Assembly (NCBI GenBank): GCA_044229975.1
Contig: JBGARZ010000022.1
Location: 64,001-128,000 of the forward strand
Source of the DNA: Polyangiales bacterium
GTDB taxonomy: Bacteria > Myxococcota_A > Polyangia > Polyangiales > Ga0077539
Direction: 5' to 3'
DNA length: 64,000 bases
The notes beneath the pieces were generated by a model. The model worked only from the letters and a program-made list of their open reading frames with translations. It ran no database searches and was not told the origin of the DNA. This document shows, piece after piece, positions 39,146 through 48,624 of this stretch (position 1 is its first letter; each line of letters begins with the position of its first letter). A program made the position numbers and the translations under genes.

Positions 39146-40720
39146 TCAAGCGAGGCCCTTCTTCACGATCTTGCCCATGGCGGTCTTCGGGAGCGCGTCC
39201 CTGAACTCCACGTGCTTGGGCACCATGTACGCCTCCAGCACCTGACCCAGCTTCAGGGCGATGTCGCGCTCGGTGTACTTCCCCTTGTGCTCGTCCGAGA
39301 GCACCACGAAGGCCTTCACTGCCGATCCGAGGATGTCATCGGACACGCCGATGACGGCGCACTCGCGCACGCCTTCGATGCGCTCCAGGGCCGCTTCGAC
39401 CTCGCGCGGCGCGACCTTCTCTCCGCGCGTCTTGATGACCTCGTCCATCCTCGCGATGAAGTGCAGGTAGCCCTCCTCGTCGAGCCGACAGTGGTCGCCG
39501 GTGTGGAAGAGCACCTCGGTCGGAAACGGCCCCGGCCGCAGGTACTTCGCCGTCGCCTCGGGCTTGCGCCAGTAGCCCGCCATGATGTGCGAGCCGCGCA
39601 CCACGAGCTCCCCTTCGGCCGAGCGGTCGTGTCGCACGCCGTCGCCGTCGATGACCCAGAACTCCGTCCCCGGGATGGGGATGCCCACCGAGCCGGGCTT
39701 GCGGTGCAGGTCGGCGGGCGGCAGCCACGAGACGCGCTTGCACTCGGTGAGGCCGTACATCGAGTAGACCTTCGCCTTCGGAAACCACCGCGCGATGGCG
39801 TCGAGGTGCTTGGGGAGCAGCGCCGCCGCCGTGCTCGACACGTAGCGAACGTGCTCCATCGGCTGCACCGGGACGTCCTTGAGCTCACCCAACAACGCGA
39901 ACATCGTGGGGACGCCCGCGAAGCCGGTGACCTTCGTCTCGGCGCAGCGCTGGAGGATGGCGACGGGGAAGGTAAACGAGCGCTCCAGCACCAGGGTGGC
40001 GCCGAGCCGCACCGTCATCAGCCACTGGTAGAGCCCGTAGTTGAAGGCCATCGGGACGACGCCGAGGATGACGTCGTCGGCGGTGTTCTCCAGCAGGGTC
40101 GTCACGCTCCACGAGGCGAAGGCGACGTTACGGTGGGTGAGCATCGCGCCCTTGGGCTCGCCGGTGCTCCCCGAGGTGTAGATGATGGCCGCGAGGTCGA
40201 CGTCGAGGGAGCGACGCGGCGGCGCCTCTTCGGGCTGCGTGGCCACGAGGTCGGCGAGGGACTCCACGCCCGCGACGCTGGCCTTGGCGGCGAGGTCGAG
40301 GGCGCGCGGGGTCTGCGGGCCGTGCACGAGCACCGGAGGCTTCGTCGTCGAGCGCTGACACGCATCGGACCACGCGGTGACGAGCGCGGCGTCGGCGATG
40401 ACGGCGGCCACGGCGGCGTCGTCGATCATGTAGGCGAGCTTCTCGGCCTTCACCTGCGCGTTGACGACGAAGAACGCCGCGTCGGCCTTGAGGACGCCGA
40501 AGATGGAGGCCGCGACCTCGGGGCTGTTGTCACCGAAGATGAGCACCCGGTCGCCGCGCTTCACACCGCGTGAGCGGAGAGCGTGGGCGATGCGGTTGGC
40601 CCAGGTGTCGAGGGTCGCGTAGTTGAGCGCGACCTTGCCGGTGAGGAGGGCGGTCTTGGCGGGCGTTCGGGCCGCCGAGGCTTCGAGAAATTCTGCGACT
40701 CCGCGGGCACCCAACACCAT
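39146..40720 (-). CDS. AMP-dependent acyl/aminoacyl ligase
   Basis: YTSGSTGEPKG, MYGLTE, TGD, LPKT..GK. Confidence 0.92.
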   Translation of the reverse strand: MVLGARGVAEFLEASAARTPAKTALLTGKVALNYATLDTWANRIAHALRSRGVKRGDRVLIFGDNSPEVAASIFGVLKADAAFFVVNAQVKAEKLAYMIDDAAVAAVIADAALVTAWSDACQRSTTKPPVLVHGPQTPRALDLAAKASVAGVESLADLVATQPEEAPPRRSLDVDLAAIIYTSGSTGEPKGAMLTHRNVAFASWSVTTLLENTADDVILGVVPMAFNYGLYQWLMTVRLGATLVLERSFTFPVAILQRCAETKVTGFAGVPTMFALLGELKDVPVQPMEHVRYVSSTAAALLPKHLDAIARWFPKAKVYSMYGLTECKRVSWLPPADLHRKPGSVGIPIPGTEFWVIDGDGVRHDRSAEGELVVRGSHIMAGYWRKPEATAKYLRPGPFPTEVLFHTGDHCRLDEEGYLHFIARMDEVIKTRGEKVAPREVEAALERIEGVRECAVIGVSDDILGSAVKAFVVLSDEHKGKYTERDIALKLGQVLEAYMVPKHVEFRDALPKTAMGKIVKKGLA

Positions 40721-40743
40721 TGGTCGATGGTCCTCTCTGGGGA

Positions 40744-41730
40744 CTACTTCACGATCTCGGGGATCGGGTCGATGAGCAGCCCCGTCAAGTGGAGCGGGAG
40801 CGTGGCGCGGCGCTTGGCGTCGATGTCCTTGTAGACGCGCTCGGCCTGCTCGACGGAGATGTTGAGCACCGGGGCGACCTCGGAGGTGGGCACGCCGTGG
40901 TTCTTCGCCCACAGGCAGAGGTCCATCTCCTGGTAGGGGAGCGCGTAGTAGAACTCGTCCTGACCCTGCGGCAGCGAGAAGGTGTCGGTGGTGGGCGAGC
41001 GGCTGCAGATCTCCTGCGGCACGCCGAGGGCCTCGGCCATCGCGTACACCTGGGTCTTGTAGAGGTGCGCGATGGGCTTCACGTCGGCGAGCCCGTCGCC
41101 GCCCTTCACGAAGAACCCCTGGTCGTACTCCAGCCGGTTGGGCGTACCGACGACCGCGTAGTTGAGCCGGTCGGCGTGGAAGTACTCCAGCGTGGTGCGG
41201 AGGCGCTGCTTGAAGTTGGTGGCCGCGACGAGCAGCAGGTAGGCCGAGAGCGGCAGGGGCTTGGACTCCTGGGTGCCGTCGGGGCGCTCGACGGTGACGC
41301 GCGAGATGTTGAGCCGCTCGCCTTCGAGGATGGAGGGGATGACGATCTTGGACTTCCAGCCTTCGCCGTACTCGGGGAACACGGTGCGGATGGCGTCGTC
41401 CTGGCGCTTGTAGCAGCCGAGGGCTTCAAGGGCGGGGGCGAGGTCTTCGGTGGTGGTCTGGATGCCGAACTTCGCGGCGAGCAGCTTGCCGAAGCTGAGC
41501 GACTCGCTGGAGGAGACGCGCTCGGGGAGGAAGATGCCGTGCACCTTGTCGGGCCCGAAGGCGCGCACCGCGAGGGCGGTGCAGAGCGCCGAGTCGATGC
41601 CGCCGGAGATGCCTACGACGAGGCCCTTGCGGCGGTGGTTGACGGTGACCAGCTCGCGCATCTTCTTGGCGATGCGGTCGGCCTCGGCGGTCATGTCGGC
41701 GATGTGGAGAACGTCCCTGGAGAAGCTCAT
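40744..41730 (-). CDS. nadE: NAD+ synthase-like ATP pyrophosphatase (NH3-dependent type)
   Basis: GISGGIDS, NFKQRLR, GTPNRLE, FFVKGGDG.ADVKPIAHLYKTQVY. Confidence 0.82.
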   Translation of the reverse strand: MSFSRDVLHIADMTAEADRIAKKMRELVTVNHRRKGLVVGISGGIDSALCTALAVRAFGPDKVHGIFLPERVSSSESLSFGKLLAAKFGIQTTTEDLAPALEALGCYKRQDDAIRTVFPEYGEGWKSKIVIPSILEGERLNISRVTVERPDGTQESKPLPLSAYLLLVAATNFKQRLRTTLEYFHADRLNYAVVGTPNRLEYDQGFFVKGGDGLADVKPIAHLYKTQVYAMAEALGVPQEICSRSPTTDTFSLPQGQDEFYYALPYQEMDLCLWAKNHGVPTSEVAPVLNISVEQAERVYKDIDAKRRATLPLHLTGLLIDPIPEIVK

Positions 41731-41832
41731 GGCGGACGTTGTCTCATAGATCCGCAGCGCATTGAACAGTCCCGAGGGCGGCTCGTACGGAGGTCGACGG
41801 GTTGGGGCATCCGTCGTAGGAATCGGTCGCGT

Positions 41833-42768
41833 ATGGGCATCGACTGGAAGCGTGCGGACACCGAAGGATGGGACATCGAGGACGTCGACCGGGCCCGGAC
41901 GGTGGCGGACACCTGCCCCCGGTGCGGCCAGGCGTCGCGGCTGGTGGAGCGCGAGCGGGTGAAGAACCTCTCGGTCTTCGGTCTGGCCCTGGTGGCGACC
42001 GAGCGTGGGGGGAGGGTGTTCGAGTGCACCCTGTGCAACGCGCGCTACGAGGCGCCGGAGGGAGGCGTCGAGCGGGAGGAAGACCTCGACGCGTCGGTGA
42101 TCGACCAGCTCACCGGCCTGCACGATCAGCTCGACTCCGTGGAGGAAGACCTCGAAGTGTGGCGGTCGCGGGTGACCCTCGCGGCGCGCAGCAGCGACCC
42201 GGTGCTGGCGAAGGACGCGCAGGAGATGTTCGAGCGGCGCACCCGCGCGGCGGCCTCGCTGCGGGCGGAGATCGACGGGCTCGCGAAGCAGCTCCGCAAG
42301 GGATCGGCGGCGGACGAGACGGCGCAGGCGCCCGCGCGCCGGGGACTGCTGGCGGCGGCCAAGGCTGCCGTCGGCGTGGTCGAAGAGAAGGCGGTGGCGC
42401 AGGCGGCGGCGGTGAGCGTGGCGGTGGAGGACGAGCTCGCGGCGCTGCGGCAGAAGGTGGCGGCGAAGGCGGTCGCGACGGCGGTGGTGGCGCCGACGAA
42501 GGAAGACGAGCTCACGGCGCTCAAGCGGCGGCTGGGGATGCTTCCCTCGGAGGGCGCGGCGAAGCCCAGGGCAGCGACGGAAGAGGCGCCGACGGAGAGC
42601 GCGGCGGGCAGCGCGGAGCAGGACGCGGCGGACGACGAGGTGGCGGCGCTCAAGCGCAAGCTGCGCGGGACACCGGCGCCCGTCGCGAGCGTGCCCGAGG
42701 CGCCGCCGCCCAGGAGCGACGACGACGAGATGGCCGACCTGAAGAACAAGCTCCGTCCCAAGCGGTAG
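41833..42768 (+). CDS. Zinc-ribbon plus PspA-like coiled-coil protein
   Basis: CPRC...CTLC, coiled coil, four repeats of a DDELAALKRKL-like motif. Confidence 0.65.
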   Translation: MGIDWKRADTEGWDIEDVDRARTVADTCPRCGQASRLVERERVKNLSVFGLALVATERGGRVFECTLCNARYEAPEGGVEREEDLDASVIDQLTGLHDQLDSVEEDLEVWRSRVTLAARSSDPVLAKDAQEMFERRTRAAASLRAEIDGLAKQLRKGSAADETAQAPARRGLLAAAKAAVGVVEEKAVAQAAAVSVAVEDELAALRQKVAAKAVATAVVAPTKEDELTALKRRLGMLPSEGAAKPRAATEEAPTESAAGSAEQDAADDEVAALKRKLRGTPAPVASVPEAPPPRSDDDEMADLKNKLRPKR

Positions 42769-42821
42769 TTCTCGCGACGACGGTGTCCTCGCGGTCGCCG
42801 GTCCGTGATACTCAGGTCGCG

Positions 42822-43364
42822 ATGAAGGGCGCATCGCTGTTGGGACTGCTCGGGCTACTGGCCGTGGGTTGCGCGTCGGGTGGGCGCTACGGCTACGCGC
42901 GCACCTACGTGGCGCTCGACGACGAGTCGACGTGGGTGGCCCGCGCGGAAGAGCCCGTCTACGACGAGCTGCGCCGGTCGCCGGAGCCGTATCGGGGGAG
43001 GGTGGTGTCGTTCTTCGGGACGGTGCAGTCGGTGGGGCGAGGGGAGGGCGGCGCGTCGCGCATCGCGCTCCAGGTGCGTACCCACCAGGAGCGGCACCTC
43101 TGCGAAGAAGAGTCGGAGAGCACCTGCCGCGTGACCGTGAGCGCGCGCGACGGCGGTGCCTTCACCGCGGTGGTCCACCTCCGCCCCGACGACGTCGACG
43201 GCGAGAACCGCCTGCAGACCAACTCGCTGGTGCGGGTGTTCGGCACCGTGGTGCCGGGCGAGTACGACCCCGATGGGGGGCCGGTGATTCAGGTCCAGTA
43301 CTATCGCCACTGGCCGCGAGGTCAGTACGTGACGACCGCCAGCGCCGAATCGATGCGGCGATGA
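42822..43364 (+). CDS. Hypothetical lipoprotein (possible OB-fold)
   Basis: Lipobox AVGC; YRGRVVSFFG and VRVFG motifs. Confidence 0.7.
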   Translation: MKGASLLGLLGLLAVGCASGGRYGYARTYVALDDESTWVARAEEPVYDELRRSPEPYRGRVVSFFGTVQSVGRGEGGASRIALQVRTHQERHLCEEESESTCRVTVSARDGGAFTAVVHLRPDDVDGENRLQTNSLVRVFGTVVPGEYDPDGGPVIQVQYYRHWPRGQYVTTASAESMRR

Positions 43365-43487
43365 AGCGATGAGGGGGGACTGGACGTACCAGCCCCCGAG
43401 CCATAGTCCCGTACGCGTCGGGGCGATGGTACAAACCCACCCGTAAGTCCCTCAAATCCACTGACAGCTTTCCGAAGGAGTCGTTCC

Positions 43488-44183
43488 ATGAAGATCCGAC
43501 AGCTCATTCTTTCTGCGGCCGCGATGATGGTTCTCGGCACCGGCTGTATCGTCGAGGTGTCCGACCGCAACGCCTACGAGACCTGTACCTCCGGCCAGAT
43601 CTGTGGCAGCGGCACGATCTGCCAGGCGGCGACGTTCACCACCCAGGGCGGCCCGGCCAACCAGTGCACCGTGTCCTGCGGCGCCGGCTCGATCTGCCCC
43701 GGCATCAACGGGCAGTGCGTGGTCAACACGTCCGGCATCGGCCAGTGCTTCCGTACCTGCACGAGCACCTTCGAGTGCGGCTCCGGCTCCGAGTGCCGCG
43801 TGCCTGTCGGCACCGCCATCCAGGTGTGCCTCCCAATCGCGGGCACGGCCGTTACCCCGACGCCGCCGGCCGTCTACACCGGCTGCTCGCCCGCGGGCGC
43901 GGTCTGCGCAAGCAACACCACCTGCCTGCCCACGTCGTACGTCCGCGCGGGCGGCGTGCAGGGCAACACCTGCACCATCGCCTGCCCGAGCGGCGACGCC
44001 CGCATGTGCCCCGGCTACTCGCAAGACCCGACGCGCACCGAGTGCGTGGCGCCCAACGGCAACCTCGCCCAGGCCCAGTGCATGCGCCTCTGCCCCAACG
44101 GCGAGTCCGACTGCGCCCCGTACCTGACCCACTGCGCGGCAGTGCCGATGGCCGCGGGCACCCTCGCCGCCTGCGTTCCGTGA
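43488..44183 (+). CDS. Cys-rich lipoprotein with two 12-Cys modules
   Basis: Lipobox GTGC; AAGGAG RBS; duplicated Cys pattern. Confidence 0.8.
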   Translation: MKIRQLILSAAAMMVLGTGCIVEVSDRNAYETCTSGQICGSGTICQAATFTTQGGPANQCTVSCGAGSICPGINGQCVVNTSGIGQCFRTCTSTFECGSGSECRVPVGTAIQVCLPIAGTAVTPTPPAVYTGCSPAGAVCASNTTCLPTSYVRAGGVQGNTCTIACPSGDARMCPGYSQDPTRTECVAPNGNLAQAQCMRLCPNGESDCAPYLTHCAAVPMAAGTLAACVP

Positions 44184-44221
44184 GCTGACGCCTCGGCGTC
44201 GTCTCTCCCTCCGCTCGACTC

Positions 44222-46681
44222 CTACCGCACCGCTTCCAGCCACACCGGGTTCGTAAACGCGAAGGGCACTCCGTTGGAGTGCGGCAGCACCTGCTCCAGG
44301 TTGCCCTGCGGCCCGCGCGCCGTCGCCAGCACGAAGTCTCCCGGCGACACCCTCATCGGAACCGTCGCGTCGAAGCGCACGCGCCCGCTCCCGAGCGGCA
44401 CCGCGAGGCGCTCGGCCACCTCGCCGTTGCGCAGCAGCTCCACCGCGTCGACGCGCATCCACGGCGGCGCCATCACCACCACGCGCACCTGGACGGTCGT
44501 CGGCGCGGCGAGGGGCAGCGGGTCACCCGGCTCGTGCCCGTCGACGGTGAGCAACACCATCGGACCCGACGTCCCGAAGGCCCTCCCGCGACGCAGCGCG
44601 CGCAGGATGGCGGCCTGGTCGTCGGGCGCCTCTCCGGGGAAGAGGTGCACCATGGTGCGGGGGTAGCCGGCCCACTGATACGCGATCGTGTGCGAGTCGC
44701 TCGACGCGGTGCCGAGGTAGCGCCGACCGCGCTGGAGCAGCGAGGTCCAGTCGTGGAGCACGCGCTCCACCTCGCCGATCTGGCCGATGTAGAAGCCGTT
44801 GAAGACCTCGATGGCGTCGTAGTTGGGGTCGTACGCGGGCGACACCGCGCGGCCCGTGCGCACGTCGAGGCCGGTGACGTTGAAGTACCCGATGTTGGGC
44901 TGCATCCGGGGGTGGTTGACCTGGATGATCCCGTCGGGCGAGCGCTGCCGCGCGGCGGCGAAGATCTCCCGCGGGAGGATGTTGACGTACGGCGGCGGAC
45001 CACCCTCGGGCGATCCCTCGCGCGCGGGATACGGGTACACGTTGAAGTGCCCCCAGGGCTGCGCGCTGCGGTCGGTGGTGACCTCCACCGCGGGCACCCA
45101 GTGGAGCGGCGCCGCGACGTTGGGGGGCAGCAGCGCGACGCCTTCGCGGTAGTCGCCGACGACGTTGTGTTCGGTGGGGGTCGCGAAGCCGACGCCCTCG
45201 GCCACGAGCGAGGCGACGCGGTCGGCGATGGAGACGTGCGAGTCGAAGCTCGGGTTGGCGTGCACGTGCAGGTCACACGCGACCCAGCCGTCCATGGGGA
45301 CGGCGTGCGAGAGGCCCACGTCGAGCTCGCCGCGCAGGGTCTCGGTGACGGTGACGTCGCGGGTCGCGAGGGTCCACTCGGGGCCGTGCGAGACGGTCAC
45401 GCGGTACGAGCCCGGGGCCAGCGGAAACACCGCCTGCCCGCTCGCGGCGACGACGACCACACCGGCGCCGAGGGCGTGGTGCGTGGGGCCGAGCATCGGG
45501 TCGGGCGTCGGCGCGATGCCGCGCACGGTGATGCGAACGGGCAGCGCGCTCTCGGGGTGGTCGTCGTCGTGGGCGGTCACGCGCAGCGACGCGCCAGGCG
45601 GCAGCGACACCTCGATGGGCACGGCGCCGGTGGTCTCGGGGCGCACCTCGAAGGCCACCGGGTCGCCGACGGCGGAGCCCGGCGCGGTGACCCACGCGAC
45701 GTAACGACCCGGCGTGAGCGGGAGCGTCGCGCGCTCGTTGGTGGGCGCCGACACGAGCACGGCCTGACCCTCCGGGGTGGTGATGGTGACCGTCGCCGGG
45801 TTGCGCTGCGCGCCGCGCACGACGACCGAGACGTCCGTGACGGGGCGACCGCGGGCGAGCATCACGGCGCGCTGGAGATCACCGAGCTGACCGGGGAGCT
45901 CGATGAGCATCTCGTGGTCGGTGACGGCCCCGGCGGGGCGGAGGTCGGTCGCGGGGTGCAGCACCTCGGTCGCGCCGCGCGAGGCGGTGTGCTCGTGCAT
46001 CTCGCTGGTGAAGCGCAGGTCGAGGTCGGCGTCGCCCGCGCGCGTCCACGCGACGGCGAGGTTGTGCTCGGAGGCGCCGACCCAGGGGGAGGTTCCTTCG
46101 TGGGACTTGGTGTGGACGCCGAGGGCCGGGGCGAAGGGTGCTTCATCGCCCCACGCGAGGCGCGCCCCGAAGCGGACGCCGCGTACGAGGTGGTCGCCAG
46201 CGTTGACGATGCGCGTGCGGACGTGGAGCGCGCGGCGGCCGGGCTCCATGGCGTAGTCGCGGGTGAGCGTGAGGGTGTCGTCGTGGTAGCGGTAGCGCGC
46301 GGTGAGGCGGAGCGTGGGCGTGGCGTCGAGGAGGACGGCTTCGAGGCGGGTGCTCGACGCGTCGAGCTCGTGGTCGCCGATGGCGACGAAGAAGTCGACG
46401 GCGCGCAGCGGGTCGAGCGCGGGCGCGGCGCGGTCGGTGACGCGCAGGATGCTGCCGGGGCGCCCCGATCGCACCTGGCGCGAGTCGCCGACGAGCAGCA
46501 CCTGGAGCTCGGGCGTGCGGAGAAACCAGTCGCCCGCGATGAGGTCGCGCACGGGGGCAGGGTGGTCGCGGTCGACGCGGCGCAGCTCGACGGAGCCCAC
46601 GACGAGGCTGGTGCGGAGCGACGGGCGGCAGGTGCTGAGGACGAGCGCGAGGGGGAGGAGCGGAAGGAGGCGGCGGGTCAT
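44222..46681 (-). CDS. Exported PHP-like (CehA/McbA-type) metallohydrolase
   Basis: DLHVH, TEHN, GHFN, QVNHPR, IEVFNG and SSDSH motifs; signal peptide. Confidence 0.82.
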   Translation of the reverse strand: MTRRLLPLLPLALVLSTCRPSLRTSLVVGSVELRRVDRDHPAPVRDLIAGDWFLRTPELQVLLVGDSRQVRSGRPGSILRVTDRAAPALDPLRAVDFFVAIGDHELDASSTRLEAVLLDATPTLRLTARYRYHDDTLTLTRDYAMEPGRRALHVRTRIVNAGDHLVRGVRFGARLAWGDEAPFAPALGVHTKSHEGTSPWVGASEHNLAVAWTRAGDADLDLRFTSEMHEHTASRGATEVLHPATDLRPAGAVTDHEMLIELPGQLGDLQRAVMLARGRPVTDVSVVVRGAQRNPATVTITTPEGQAVLVSAPTNERATLPLTPGRYVAWVTAPGSAVGDPVAFEVRPETTGAVPIEVSLPPGASLRVTAHDDDHPESALPVRITVRGIAPTPDPMLGPTHHALGAGVVVVAASGQAVFPLAPGSYRVTVSHGPEWTLATRDVTVTETLRGELDVGLSHAVPMDGWVACDLHVHANPSFDSHVSIADRVASLVAEGVGFATPTEHNVVGDYREGVALLPPNVAAPLHWVPAVEVTTDRSAQPWGHFNVYPYPAREGSPEGGPPPYVNILPREIFAAARQRSPDGIIQVNHPRMQPNIGYFNVTGLDVRTGRAVSPAYDPNYDAIEVFNGFYIGQIGEVERVLHDWTSLLQRGRRYLGTASSDSHTIAYQWAGYPRTMVHLFPGEAPDDQAAILRALRRGRAFGTSGPMVLLTVDGHEPGDPLPLAAPTTVQVRVVVMAPPWMRVDAVELLRNGEVAERLAVPLGSGRVRFDATVPMRVSPGDFVLATARGPQGNLEQVLPHSNGVPFAFTNPVWLEAVR

Positions 46682-48549
46682 TCGGGCAGGCGTGTCCAGT
46701 GGAGGGAGTCGGCGTTGAGGCGCGAGCCGTCGACGCGGCGGGCGCCGAAGTAGAGGCCATGGGCGCGCACCTCGGCGGGCGTGGCGGGGAGGTCGACCTC
46801 GGTGCGGGTGACCTCGCCAGGGCGCACGAAGGCGGCCATGAGAACGCCATCGTAGGGGAGGAAGGCGTAGGTGCTGGCGGGGTCCTGCCGGTCGCCGTTG
46901 GGATGGAGCGGGCCCCATCCGAGCTCGAAGCCGAGGTCGTAGGGCCACGGCTCGTTGGCCACGAGGAGCAGCGTCACGTGGCTGCCGCGCGGGGCGGCGG
47001 TGACGCCGTAGCCCGCGATGGTGAGCGAGTGGCCGACGTCGACGTGGGCGGCGTGCACGCGCGGGTCGGTGTCGAACTCCACGTAGCGGCCGCGGGCGTA
47101 GGTGCGGACGGGCCAGTGCTCGCGGAGGACGATGTAGTCGCCGACGACGTTCCAGACGCCGTAGCGGCGCCAGAAGAGCGCGTTGCGGACCGTGACCTCC
47201 TCGGAGTTGCGGAAGAGTTCCTGCGTGCCGGTGTGGAGGTTGCGGTGCTCGGTGGAGATGACGACGTACTCGGCGGCGCGCTCGGGCGGCTGCTTGAAGC
47301 GGAAGATGCGCGTGCGCTCGGCGAAGTGGGACAGCGTGAAGTCGGGCCCGCTGTACGACGCATCGGCGGGGATGAGCGATGCGATGGTGTCGAGCGCCGG
47401 CTGCCGGCTGTCGGCGCGGTGGTCGCGCAGGTGGAAGCGGCGACCGATGACGGGGAAGACGCCCGCGCGGTGTTGCATGTGGAGCGTTCCGGCGGAGACG
47501 GCGGCGAGGACGAGGAGGCCGTAGCGCTCGGGCTGGAGGGCGCCGACGGCCATGATCCAGGCGGCGCCGTGGATGGCGGCGACGATGACGAAGGGCACCG
47601 CGAGGGTGCTGTAGTGCGAGTGGATCTGCACCGCAGTGGGAAACTGCGACAGCAGGTTGATGCCGATGGGCGCGAGCGCGGGGATGAACCATCGCGGGCG
47701 CAGCAGCGGCAGCAGCGCGACGGGCGCGAGCAGGCGCGGGACGTAGAGCAGGCGCACGGGCGTAGCGAGCTCACGGAGGGTGGCGATGGGGTGCGTGAGG
47801 AGCTGCGCGAGGATGGAGGCGGGGGACGATCCGAGGTGGCCGAAGTGGAGCTGGAGCGAGCCGGTGCGCGGGAGGTAGCGGGGCGCGACGACGAAGAGGT
47901 AGACGCAGAACCACGCGGTGAACGCGACGAAGGCCGCGAGCCCGATGGGGCGGTGCTTGCGGTGGGTGGCGAGGGCGAGGCCGGTGAGGGCGGCGCAGAG
48001 GGCGACGTCCTCGCGGCAGAGGGTGGCGACGAAGAGGGCGACGACCCCGGCGACGGCGCGGCGCTGATCGAAGAAGTCGAGCGCGATGCACAGCGGGAGC
48101 AGCGCGAGCGAGCTGGGGTGGAACTCGTAGCTGGCGATGGAGCCGACGGTGGGGAAGAGGAGATAGACGAGGAGCGCGACGTAGGGGGCCGCGGGGTGGC
48201 CGATGCGGCGCGAGGCGATGCGGGCGAGGGGGATGCCCGCGGCGGCGACGGCGGCGGCCTGCACGACGAGGAGCAGCGGGACGACGGAGGCGAGGCGCCC
48301 GAGGAGACCGAGCGGGATGAGGATGATGGAGAGGTGCAGGCCCCACAGGGGCGCGCCGACGAGGGGGTTGTAGAGGTCGCCGTGCCCCGCGCCCCAGACG
48401 ATCCGCGTATAGAACGCGAGGTCGAAGGTGTCGTTGTGCCAGGTGCGGAAGCGCGTGAGGGCCATCGCGCCGAACAGCACGGCGGCTGCGAGGCTGAGGT
48501 TGGAGATGGCGCGCCAGGGGAAGCGCTCGTCGGCCCGGGGGTCGTTCAA
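46678..48549 (-). CDS. DUF2079 multi-pass membrane protein (putative GT-C glycosyltransferase)
   Basis: TFDLAFY, H.S, YEFHP, CRED and HYS motifs with many TMs. Confidence 0.8.
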   Translation of the reverse strand: MNDPRADERFPWRAISNLSLAAAVLFGAMALTRFRTWHNDTFDLAFYTRIVWGAGHGDLYNPLVGAPLWGLHLSIILIPLGLLGRLASVVPLLLVVQAAAVAAAGIPLARIASRRIGHPAAPYVALLVYLLFPTVGSIASYEFHPSSLALLPLCIALDFFDQRRAVAGVVALFVATLCREDVALCAALTGLALATHRKHRPIGLAAFVAFTAWFCVYLFVVAPRYLPRTGSLQLHFGHLGSSPASILAQLLTHPIATLRELATPVRLLYVPRLLAPVALLPLLRPRWFIPALAPIGINLLSQFPTAVQIHSHYSTLAVPFVIVAAIHGAAWIMAVGALQPERYGLLVLAAVSAGTLHMQHRAGVFPVIGRRFHLRDHRADSRQPALDTIASLIPADASYSGPDFTLSHFAERTRIFRFKQPPERAAEYVVISTEHRNLHTGTQELFRNSEEVTVRNALFWRRYGVWNVVGDYIVLREHWPVRTYARGRYVEFDTDPRVHAAHVDVGHSLTIAGYGVTAAPRGSHVTLLLVANEPWPYDLGFELGWGPLHPNGDRQDPASTYAFLPYDGVLMAAFVRPGEVTRTEVDLPATPAEVRAHGLYFGARRVDGSRLNADSLHWTRLPE

Positions 48550-48624
48550 GGCGCGGCGGAGGTTACAGCGAGATGTGCCTCCTTGACACCAGCGTCCGCG
48601 GAGGGCGATGCGCTCCCCATCGCC

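Noticed and set aside
38761..40720. NRPS/PKS secondary-metabolite cluster
   Set aside because: Only a stand-alone ligase and ACP; no KS or condensation domains, and the context fits envelope modification better
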